Part shown: positions 48,544 to 56,492 of the stretch, one piece after another | Numbering within the stretch: position 1 is the stretch's first letter | Layout of the letters: every line of letters begins with the position of its first letter | Notes under the pieces: generated by a model | What the model was told of the DNA's origin: nothing | Database searches by the model: none | What the model saw: only the letters and a program-made list of their open reading frames with translations | Source: Vicinamibacterales bacterium | GTDB lineage: Bacteria > Acidobacteriota > Vicinamibacteria > Vicinamibacterales > UBA2999 | DNA length: 64,000 nt | Assembly (NCBI GenBank): GCA_050187355.1 | Contig: JBFWXO010000005.1 | Span: forward strand, 18,502-82,501 | Reading direction: 5' to 3' | Made by a program: the position numbers and the translations under genes

Positions 48544-48577
48544 CGCAACGCGGGGCGCACGCGGCTATGATTGCCGC

Positions 48578-49174
48578 ATGCGCCCCCGACTCCTTGCCGC
48601 GGCCGCCGTGATCACGGCATCGGCCCTCGCAGCGCTCTCGTCACTGGCCGCCGTCGGCGTCGCGCTCGTGCCCGGACGGGCGGCCGCGCAGCAGGCCGGT
48701 CCCACCACGGGCCCCCTGATCGCGGACTTCGGCCCGGCCTGGACCGTCCCGAATCCCGGCATGGCCACGCCCATGCTGCAGGAGCTGAAGATCCGGTTCG
48801 ACGTGTCGGCGACGCCCGACGACGCCGCCGTCCTGAATCCCCGCCTGGAAACCGCGGCGCGCTTCCTCAACATGCACACGAAGGCCGGCGTCTCGCCCGA
48901 GCGCCTCAAGGTGGCTATCGTGGTGCACGGACGCGCGGCCAAGGACGTCCTGAGCAACGAGGCCTACAAGCGCCGCCACAACATCGACAACCCGAACGCG
49001 GCCTTGCTGGCGGCACTCGGCACTGCCGGCGTCCGGGTGCTGCTGTGCGGCCAGACGGCCGGCAGCCAGGGCATCACCCCGACGGACATGGCGCCCTCGG
49101 TGCAGATGGCGCTCTCGGCGATGACCGCCCACCTCGTGCTGAACGGCGAGGGCTACGTCCTGAACCCGTTCTAG
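48578..49174 (+). CDS. exported DsrE/DsrF-like family protein
   Basis: 198 aa with a signal peptide. ...LKVAIVVHGRAAKDVL...VRVLLCGQTAGSQGI...AMTAHLVLNGEGYVLNPF is compatible with the DsrE-like fold. The assignment is by resemblance only. Confidence 0.55.
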   Translation: MRPRLLAAAAVITASALAALSSLAAVGVALVPGRAAAQQAGPTTGPLIADFGPAWTVPNPGMATPMLQELKIRFDVSATPDDAAVLNPRLETAARFLNMHTKAGVSPERLKVAIVVHGRAAKDVLSNEAYKRRHNIDNPNAALLAALGTAGVRVLLCGQTAGSQGITPTDMAPSVQMALSAMTAHLVLNGEGYVLNPF

Positions 49175-49208
49175 TCCGGCCCGGGCGCGCCCGCTCGAGG
49201 GACGCCCG

Positions 49209-50024
49209 TCAGGCGGCGGCCGCCGTCGGGCGGCCCTTGCGCCAGACCCACCAGACGACGCCGGCCAGCGTGAGCAGCGCCAGGACGGCCATCCCCGCGA
49301 ACAGCGCCAGCGTCTGCGACAGGATCGACGCCGTCTCCAGGCGCACCTCGATGTCGAGCGGCTCGCCCTTCGCCCGCGCGGCCAGCGGCTGTTCCCACGT
49401 GATGATGTTCCCGCGCTCGATGGTCCGGCTCGGCGCGTTGTGGTACGGCACGCGGCTCGGCAGGTGCAGCCGCACCGCCACGAGCTCGTCGCCCTGCCAG
49501 CCCACGTTGCCGACCTCTTTCCCCGCCGACGGGCCGAGGTGCTGGGTGAACACCTTCAGTCCATCCCGATCGACGAGCGCGTAGGTCGACCAGCTGAACG
49601 GCGCCGCCGCGGACAGCGTGCGGACGTCGTCCACCTCGAGGCGCAGGTGCACGTAGCGCCGGCCCTCCCGCCGCGACGTGCTGACCGCCGCCACGCGCAC
49701 GCCCGGGCTCTCGTAGAACCGCCGGACCACGTTGCGGTCGAGGCGCGCGTTCGGATCGAGCGGCAAAGGCGCGCCGCGCAGGGCCACCAGCGCCGGCACC
49801 GCCGCGTTCAGGTAGATCGTGGCAGAGCCGTCGAGGCGGAGGTAGACGTCTTCCTCGTACTCGTACTTCCGCGAGAGGACGTTGCTGCAGGACGACGCCA
49901 GGACGACAACGGCGAGAAGGGCGGCGAGGTGCGGCAGCCGGCGGCGCACCGCTGACGGGCGTCCCGGCGCGGCGCCCTCGCGCCGCCGTGTCCACGCCCG
50001 CGAAGCCGATGGCATCTGCATCAT
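49209..50024 (-). CDS. hypothetical lipoprotein-like protein with C-terminal TM anchor
   Basis: Start at one of three ATGs (50024/50021/50015). ...LAALLAVVVLASSCSN (lipobox-like), and a C-terminal helix LALFAGMAVLALLTLAGVVWWVW. No family recognised. Confidence 0.55.
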   Translation of the reverse strand: MMQMPSASRAWTRRREGAAPGRPSAVRRRLPHLAALLAVVVLASSCSNVLSRKYEYEEDVYLRLDGSATIYLNAAVPALVALRGAPLPLDPNARLDRNVVRRFYESPGVRVAAVSTSRREGRRYVHLRLEVDDVRTLSAAAPFSWSTYALVDRDGLKVFTQHLGPSAGKEVGNVGWQGDELVAVRLHLPSRVPYHNAPSRTIERGNIITWEQPLAARAKGEPLDIEVRLETASILSQTLALFAGMAVLALLTLAGVVWWVWRKGRPTAAAA

Positions 50025-50040
50025 AATACCGGCCTCGCCC

Positions 50041-52725
50041 ATGTCCGAGCCGCGGTCGCTCTTCCTCATCGACGGCAGCAACCAGATGTACCGCGCGTAC
50101 CACGCGATCCGCGGGCTGACGGGGCCGGACGGCCGCTCGACCAACGCGGTGTACGGCTTCGTCACGATGCTGCGGAAGCTGCTGGCCGACCACCCGCCGG
50201 ACCTCATCGCCGCCTCGTTCGATCTGCCCACGGCCACCTTCCGCGACGCGATCGCCGCCGACTACAAGGCCAACCGGGCGCCGATGCCAGGCGACCTCGC
50301 CGAGCAGATTCCCTGGGTGCACGAGGCCTGCGAGGCGATGGGCGTGCCCATCCTCACCCACGAGGGCTACGAGGCCGACGACGTCATCGGCACGCTCGCG
50401 CGGCAGGCGGCGGAGGCCGGCTACGAGGTCGCGATCGTGACCGGCGACAAGGACTTCTTCCAGCTGGTCGGCGGGCGGATCCGGGTCTACAACCCGAAGG
50501 ACGACGGCGCGTGGTTCGACGCGGACGGCGTGACGGCGAAGTTCGGCGTGGCGCCGGCGCAGGTCGTGGACGTGCTGGCGCTCATGGGCGACTCGAGCGA
50601 CAACGTGAAGGGCGTGCCCGGCATCGGCGAGAAGGGCGCGCGCGACCTCATCGCCGGCTTCGGCTCGCTCGACGCGCTGCTCGCCTCGGCCTCGGAGGTG
50701 AAGGCGAAGAAGCAGCGCGAGGCGCTCCTCGCCCACGCCGACGACGCGCGACGGAGCCGGGAGCTCGTCACGATCCACACCGACGTGCCCGTCACCTTCG
50801 ACCCGGCGGCCCTCGCCTACAGGGGGGCGTCGCGGGAGCGGTGCTACGCGCTCTTCTCGACGCTGGGCTTCCGCACGCTGGTGACGGAGTTCGCCCCCAC
50901 GGCGGAGTCGGTCCGGAAGGACTACGCGGTCGTCGAGTCGCTCGATGAGGTGGCCGCGCTGGCCGACGCCATCCGCGCGCGCGGCCGGGTGGCGATCCAC
51001 GTGCTGGCCGACGGCGACGCCGGCATGCGGGCGGACATGGCCGGTCTCGTCGTCGCCACCGAGGCGCGGGTGGCCCGCTTCCTGCCCTTCGGCGCCCCCT
51101 CGCTCGTGAGCGAGGGCGGCCTGGACCGCGCCGGCACCCTGGCCGCGCTGAAGGGCGTCCTGGAGGACCCGGCCATCGCGAAGGTCGGGCACGACCTGAA
51201 GTTCGCGATGGTGATGCTCGCCCGCCACGGCATCACGCTCGGCGGCCTCGACCTGGACACGATGCTGGCCGCCTACCTGCTGGACGCGGCGAGGTCGAGC
51301 CAGGACCTCGAACCGCTGGCGCTCGAGCAGCTGGGCTACCGGGCCCGGCTGGCCGACGACGTGCGGGGCAAGGGCGCCAAGGCCGTGCCGTTCACGTCGG
51401 TGGCCCCGGCCCACGTGCTCGACTACGCCGGGGAGCGCGCCGACCTGGCCTGGCAGCTGGCCGAGGCCTTCGGGCCCGCGCTCGAGACCGAGGGCGTGGC
51501 GGCCGTCTACCGCGACCTGGAGCTCCCGCTCGTCCCGATCCTGGCCGGGCTGGAGCGGGCGGGCGTCAAGGTGGACACGCAGGCGCTGGCCGGGCAGGCC
51601 GCGCACATGGAGCAGGAGATGGCGTCGCTCGCGGCCGAGATCTTCCGGCAGGCGGGCGAGACGTTCAACATCGGCTCGCCGAAGCAGCTGGGCGAGATCC
51701 TGTTCGAGAAGCTCCATCTCCCGGTGCTGAAGCGGACGGGCACCACGCGCACGCCGTCCACGGCCGTAGAGGTCCTGGAGGAGCTGGCGCTCACGCACGA
51801 CATGCCTCGCCTGATCCTCGAGTGGCGCAGCCTGTCGAAGCTGAAGGGCACCTACATCGACGCCCTGCCGGCGCTGGTGCACCCGATCACGGGGCGCGTG
51901 CACACGGTGTTCAACCAGGCCGTGGCCGCGACGGGCCGGCTCAGCAGCAGCGACCCCAACCTGCAGAACATCCCGATCCGGACGGCGCTCGGCCGCGAGA
52001 TCCGGCGCGCGTTCGTGGCGGAGGCGGGCCACGTCCTCATCTCGGCCGACTACTCGCAGATCGAGCTGCGGGTGCTGGCCCACCTGTCGGGCGACGAGTC
52101 GCTCACGGCGGCGTTCGCGCGGGGCGACGACATCCACGACCAGACGGCGCTCAAGGTGTTCGGCCCCGAGAGCGGCCTGGACCGCCACGAGCTCAGGCGG
52201 CGCGCCAAGATCGTCAACTACGCGCTGCTCTACGGCAAGACGGCGTTCACCCTCGCCAAGGACATCGGCGTCTCCCAGCAGGCGGCGCAGCAGTTCATCG
52301 ACGCCTACTTCGCGGGCTTCCCGCGCGTGCGCGGCTTCATCGAGGGGACGCTGGCCGAGGCCCGGACCACCGGCGTCGTGCGGACGATGTTCGGCCGCAA
52401 GCGCCCCGTGCCCGAGCTGACGAGCAAGAACGGCCAGATCCGGGCGGCGGCCGAGCGGGTCGCCGTCAACATGCCCATTCAGGGCACGGCGGCCGACATC
52501 CTCAAGCGGGCCATGATCGACGTGGATCGCCTGCTGGGTCGCGAAGCTCCCACCTCGCGCATGATCCTCACCGTCCACGACGAGCTGCTCTTCGAGGCGC
52601 CGGCCGCTGACGCCGACCGTGTGGCGGCGCTCGTCCGCACGGCCATGGCCGATGCCGTCACGCTGCGCGTGCCCCTGGACGTGGACGTGGGGGTGGGAGA
52701 GAACTGGAAGGAAGCCAAGCCGTAG
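50041..52725 (+). CDS. polA: DNA polymerase I
   Basis: ATG 50041, MSEPRSLFLIDGSNQMYRAYHAI... (5'-nuclease), a 3'-5' exonuclease-like region, and a polymerase domain with ...RRAAKIVNYALLYG... and ...QVHDELLFE-type motif (TVHDELLFEAP). Confidence 0.95.
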   Translation: MSEPRSLFLIDGSNQMYRAYHAIRGLTGPDGRSTNAVYGFVTMLRKLLADHPPDLIAASFDLPTATFRDAIAADYKANRAPMPGDLAEQIPWVHEACEAMGVPILTHEGYEADDVIGTLARQAAEAGYEVAIVTGDKDFFQLVGGRIRVYNPKDDGAWFDADGVTAKFGVAPAQVVDVLALMGDSSDNVKGVPGIGEKGARDLIAGFGSLDALLASASEVKAKKQREALLAHADDARRSRELVTIHTDVPVTFDPAALAYRGASRERCYALFSTLGFRTLVTEFAPTAESVRKDYAVVESLDEVAALADAIRARGRVAIHVLADGDAGMRADMAGLVVATEARVARFLPFGAPSLVSEGGLDRAGTLAALKGVLEDPAIAKVGHDLKFAMVMLARHGITLGGLDLDTMLAAYLLDAARSSQDLEPLALEQLGYRARLADDVRGKGAKAVPFTSVAPAHVLDYAGERADLAWQLAEAFGPALETEGVAAVYRDLELPLVPILAGLERAGVKVDTQALAGQAAHMEQEMASLAAEIFRQAGETFNIGSPKQLGEILFEKLHLPVLKRTGTTRTPSTAVEVLEELALTHDMPRLILEWRSLSKLKGTYIDALPALVHPITGRVHTVFNQAVAATGRLSSSDPNLQNIPIRTALGREIRRAFVAEAGHVLISADYSQIELRVLAHLSGDESLTAAFARGDDIHDQTALKVFGPESGLDRHELRRRAKIVNYALLYGKTAFTLAKDIGVSQQAAQQFIDAYFAGFPRVRGFIEGTLAEARTTGVVRTMFGRKRPVPELTSKNGQIRAAAERVAVNMPIQGTAADILKRAMIDVDRLLGREAPTSRMILTVHDELLFEAPAADADRVAALVRTAMADAVTLRVPLDVDVGVGENWKEAKP

Positions 52726-52738
52726 CGCGGCTGAGCGG

Positions 52739-53548
52739 CTACTTCCACCGCTCCTTGAGCAGTTCCCACTCCGCGCGGAGCGCGCTCTCGCGGGCGGCGC
52801 GGTCCGATTCGGGGACGTCGCGCCCGCGGTCGGGAATCAGGCCTTCGCGCACCAGGCGGTCCACGTCGGCTCGCAGCGCCATCGCGCTCGCCCCGGCGAT
52901 CGGCGCCCGCACCCACGCGGCGATGGCGGCCTGCCACGCGCGCTCCAGTTCGCCCTGGGCGCGAAGGCCGGCCACGAGCCAGTAGGAGGCGGCACGCGAC
53001 CCGGGATTCTTGGCCTGCTCGCGCTGCATCACGGCGATGAGCCGGCGGAGCATCACCTCGCGGCGCGTGGTCGTGTAGGGGGCCGCCCAGCGCTCCATCG
53101 CCGAGCCGTACCAGTCCAGCACGGCCTCGCGGGCGCCCTCACCCGCGGCCGGCGCGATCTCGACGGCCGACTCGAAGATCTCGGCCGCCGCGCCGAAGTC
53201 GTCCTCGAGGAACAGCGAGCCGCCGAGGGCGATCAGGTACTCCGCGCGATCCGGCGTGCCGAGCTTCTCGACGTTCGCGCTGCCGAGCGCCGTGCGCGCC
53301 GCGCCCAGATCCGCGGGATCGGCCAGCTGCCGGTAGCGCTCGAGGTGCGCACGCGCGAGCACGATCGCGGCCGCGTCCGCGGTCTCGGGCGTCTTGCGGG
53401 CGGCTTCGGCCGCCGCAATCGCCTCGTCGAACTTGCGCTCGTTGAACAGTGCCCGGGCCCGGGCCAGATCCTCGCGCGACGCGGAGGCGCCGGCCGTCGC
53501 GAGCAGGATCGCCACGATGAGCGCAGGGCCACGACGCATGGCCGGCAT
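52739..53548 (-). CDS. hypothetical exported helical-repeat (TPR-like) protein
   Basis: Start ATG 53548 or 53539 (MPAMRRGPALIVAILLATAGASA). Ala/Leu/Glu-rich helical repeats. No family recognised. Confidence 0.55.
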   Translation of the reverse strand: MPAMRRGPALIVAILLATAGASASREDLARARALFNERKFDEAIAAAEAARKTPETADAAAIVLARAHLERYRQLADPADLGAARTALGSANVEKLGTPDRAEYLIALGGSLFLEDDFGAAAEIFESAVEIAPAAGEGAREAVLDWYGSAMERWAAPYTTTRREVMLRRLIAVMQREQAKNPGSRAASYWLVAGLRAQGELERAWQAAIAAWVRAPIAGASAMALRADVDRLVREGLIPDRGRDVPESDRAARESALRAEWELLKERWK

Positions 53549-53630
53549 CGTAGCACAGGGACCGGCCGAAAATCCCCCGTAAGATATTGAAAACACAATA
53601 GTTCAGCCCGTTTTGCGCCAGCGGCCCTGC

Positions 53631-53636
53631 TACAAT
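53631..53636 (+). promoter_or_regulatory. TACAAT -10-like hexamer 8 nt upstream of the pcnB start codon
   Basis: The sequence is TACAATgcgcgtcgATG. There is no SD between them, and the -35 region is poor. Confidence 0.3.
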
Positions 53637-53644
53637 GCGCGTCG

Positions 53645-55030
53645 ATGTCCGAGCCAGTCATCGTCCCGAGAGCCGACCATCCCATCTCGCGGCGGTCGAT
53701 CGATCCGGATGCACTCAAGGTGCTCACCCGGCTCCACGAGGCTGGCTACACGGCCTATCTCGTCGGCGGCAGCGTGCGGGACCTGCTGCTCGGACGGCGG
53801 CCGAAGGACTTCGACATCGGGACGTCGGCGCACCCCTACCAGATCAAGAAGCTGTTCCGGAACTGCTGGATCATCGGCCGCCGCTTCCGGCTCGCCCACG
53901 TCAAGTTCGGCGACAAGGCCATCGAGGTCGCGACCTTCCGGCAGCACATCCCCGTCGCGGACTCCGAGTCGGTGGCCGCCGACGCGGCGGCGCCCGAGGA
54001 CCTGAAGGAAGCGGGGAGCGACCGCGATCTCCTGATCCATCGCGACAACACGTTCGGCACACCCGAGGAAGACGCCTTCAGGCGCGACTTCACGATCAAC
54101 GCGCTCTTCTACGACATCGGGGACCGCTCGATCATCGACTACGTCGGCGGCCTCGACGACATCCGCCACCGCGTCATCCGCTCGATCGGCGACCCGAACC
54201 AGCGCTTCCAGGAGGATCCGGTCCGCATGCTGCGGGCGGTGGTCCTCGCCGCCCGCCTCGAATGCACGCTCGATCCGCCGGTCGTCGAGGCGCTGGCCGC
54301 GCACCGCCACCGGCTCGCGATGGCGGCGCCGGCGCGGCTCATCGAGGAGTACTACAAGGTCCTCCGCTCGGGCTACGCGGAGCGGACGTTCGCGGCGCTG
54401 GCCGAGCACCGGCTCCTCGAGCCCGTGACCCCCGAGTTGCAGGAGCACGCCCACGACGAGGGGTTCCTCGACGCGCTCGACGCGCTCGATTCCTACCGCC
54501 AGCGCTTCGACGCCGCGCCCCCGACGCTGTCGAACCCGATCCTCCTCGGGACGATGGTGGTGCCGCTCGGCCTGATGCCGTCGCGCGGACGTCCGCACGC
54601 CGACGAGAGCCACGACGGCGACGACGATCTGCCTCCGCCGCCGACCACGTCGCGGCGACGCCGCCGCGATGGACCGCCGGAGCCCCTCTTCAAGATCGGC
54701 CACCTGCCGATCGCGCGCCGTGACACGGACCGCCTGCGCCAGCTGCTCGCCGTGCAGCGCCGGCTCCAGGACATGGAAGCCACGCCCCGGGCCAAGCGGG
54801 CGCTGCTCCACCGGGGGCCGTTCGAGGACGCGCTGACCTGGCTCGAGGTCCACGGGCGCGCTCCGGAGATCGTCGAACACTGGCGCGGTTTCATCGAGGC
54901 CAGTTCCCTGCCGCCGGAAGGGGCGGGGCGATCGCACGTCGACGGGACCGACGATCTCCGAAGGCGGCGGCGGCGCGGCGGCCGGCGACGGCGCGGCGGC
55001 CGGCGCTTCGGGCCGCCCACGACCGAGTAG
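53645..55030 (+). CDS. pcnB: poly(A) polymerase I / tRNA-nucleotidyltransferase-family protein with Arg-rich tail
   Basis: 461 aa. ...ALKVLTRLHEAGYTAYLVGGSVRDLLLGRRPKDFDIGTSAHPYQIKKLFRNCWIIGRRFRLAHVKF... is the typical PcnB head domain. C-terminus RRRRRGGRRRRGGRRF. Confidence 0.85.
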   Translation: MSEPVIVPRADHPISRRSIDPDALKVLTRLHEAGYTAYLVGGSVRDLLLGRRPKDFDIGTSAHPYQIKKLFRNCWIIGRRFRLAHVKFGDKAIEVATFRQHIPVADSESVAADAAAPEDLKEAGSDRDLLIHRDNTFGTPEEDAFRRDFTINALFYDIGDRSIIDYVGGLDDIRHRVIRSIGDPNQRFQEDPVRMLRAVVLAARLECTLDPPVVEALAAHRHRLAMAAPARLIEEYYKVLRSGYAERTFAALAEHRLLEPVTPELQEHAHDEGFLDALDALDSYRQRFDAAPPTLSNPILLGTMVVPLGLMPSRGRPHADESHDGDDDLPPPPTTSRRRRRDGPPEPLFKIGHLPIARRDTDRLRQLLAVQRRLQDMEATPRAKRALLHRGPFEDALTWLEVHGRAPEIVEHWRGFIEASSLPPEGAGRSHVDGTDDLRRRRRRGGRRRRGGRRFGPPTTE

Positions 55031-55074
55031 ACCGCGGCCGGCCGGCGTGGACCGGCGGCGCCGGATCGCGCCGC

Positions 55075-55863
55075 TCAGCCGGCCGCGCGCCCGGTGAGCC
55101 GCAGGATCGCCCGGAGCCCGTCGTCGCCCACGTCGAGGCTGTGCGCGTTCACGTACAGCCGGATGTGCTGGTCGCACACCTCGTCGGACATCTCCTGGGA
55201 ATGCGCCCGCACGTACGCGCGGCTCGCCTCGGGATGCGCGAACGCGTGCGCCACCGAGGCCCGGATCGCGCGCTCCGCGGCCTCGGCCAGCGCCGGTGCG
55301 ACGTCCGCGCGCGCGCAGATGCCGGCGAGGGGGACGGGCAGGGCGGTTTCCTGCTCCCACCAGTCGCCCAGGTCGATGGCCCGGTGGAGGCCATGCGCCA
55401 TGTAGGTGAAGCGGCTCTCGTGGATGATCAGGCCGGCGTCGACCTCGCCCCGCTCGACGGCGCCGAGAATCCGGTCGTACCGCAGTTCCACCACCTCGCC
55501 GAGGGCGGGGGCGGCCATCCGGAGCAGCCGATAGGCCGTCGTGTCCCGCCCCGGAATGGCAATCCGGCCCCCCGCGGCCTCGGCCAGCGTCGAGGGGGTC
55601 CGGGTCACGACGAGCGGGCCCACGCCGTGCCCCAGCGCGGCGCCCGAGCGCAGCAGGCGATACCGCTCGCCGACCGACGCGAAGGCGCCGACGCTCAACT
55701 TCGTGAGGTCGAACGCGCCCTCGTGCGCGCGGCGATTCAGCTCCTCGATGTCGAGCAGGACCGGGCGCACGGTGAACGGGGCCTCGATCAGGCCGTGGAC
55801 GAGCGCGTGGAACGCGAACGTGTCGTTCGGGCACGGCGAGAAGCCGAAGGTCAGCTCAGGCAA
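55075..55863 (-). CDS. mqnD: 1,4-dihydroxy-6-naphthoate synthase (futalosine pathway)
   Basis: 262 aa. (TTG start) PELTFGFSPCPNDTFAFHALVHGLIE... is the characteristic MqnD N-terminus. It overlaps the mqnB end by 13 nt. Confidence 0.85.
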   Translation of the reverse strand: MPELTFGFSPCPNDTFAFHALVHGLIEAPFTVRPVLLDIEELNRRAHEGAFDLTKLSVGAFASVGERYRLLRSGAALGHGVGPLVVTRTPSTLAEAAGGRIAIPGRDTTAYRLLRMAAPALGEVVELRYDRILGAVERGEVDAGLIIHESRFTYMAHGLHRAIDLGDWWEQETALPVPLAGICARADVAPALAEAAERAIRASVAHAFAHPEASRAYVRAHSQEMSDEVCDQHIRLYVNAHSLDVGDDGLRAILRLTGRAAG

Positions 55864-56420
55864 GCCGCCACCTCACGCGCCAGCGCCGGCGTCGCGCCCA
55901 CGATCGCCGCAAACGCGTCGTCGAACCGCCAGCGCGACCGATCGGGTTCCTCGATGGCGTTCGAGATCGCCCGCACTTCGATGGCGGGCACGCCGGCCAG
56001 GGCCGCCGCCCGCAGGATGGCAAAGCCCTCCATCGCCTCCACGTCGCACCCGTCCGTCTGCCCCACCCGGCCGCTCGTGCCGATGAGGCGCTCGACGGCC
56101 CCAGGCAGGGCGCGCCTCGCCGCCGCGAGCAGGCGCGGGTCCGGCGACAGGCGCCGCGGCGCCCACCGTTCCGGCACACCGAGATCGCAATACAGGGTCT
56201 CGCTGCCGATGACGAGGGCCGGCGGCTGCAGTCCGGACGCCGCGCGCGCCCCGGCGATGCCGACGTGCAGGACCGCCAGCGGCTTCACGCGCGCAACCGC
56301 CGCCGCCGTCGCCGCTGCCGCCTCGACCGGCCCCACCCCACACACGAGCCCGTCCCAGTCCGCACCCGCGGCGAGTTCCCGCGGGGTCGCGGCGACGACC
56401 AGCACTCGTGAGGGAGACAT
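55851..56420 (-). CDS. mqnB: futalosine hydrolase (nucleosidase family)
   Basis: 189 aa with a PNP/MTAN-like fold: ...VLVVAATPRE...GVGPVEAAAATAA...LHVGIAGA...DVEAMEGFAILRAA... Adjacency to mqnD supports the call. Confidence 0.72.
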   Translation of the reverse strand: MSPSRVLVVAATPRELAAGADWDGLVCGVGPVEAAAATAAAVARVKPLAVLHVGIAGARAASGLQPPALVIGSETLYCDLGVPERWAPRRLSPDPRLLAAARRALPGAVERLIGTSGRVGQTDGCDVEAMEGFAILRAAALAGVPAIEVRAISNAIEEPDRSRWRFDDAFAAIVGATPALAREVAACLS

Positions 56421-56457
56421 CGGCGTGGCAGCGTGACGACGCGTTTCTCTAATCCCC

Positions 56458-56478
56458 GGTCCCTGGTCCCTGGTCCCT
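56458..56478 (-). repeat. perfect 3x heptanucleotide tandem repeat (plus GGTCCCT; coding-sense strand AGGGACC)
   Basis: GGTCCCT GGTCCCT GGTCCCT at 56458-56478, in the 72-nt serC-mqnB spacer, flanked by further C/G tracts. Confidence 0.9.
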
Positions 56479-56492
56479 GCGGAATCCGTCCC

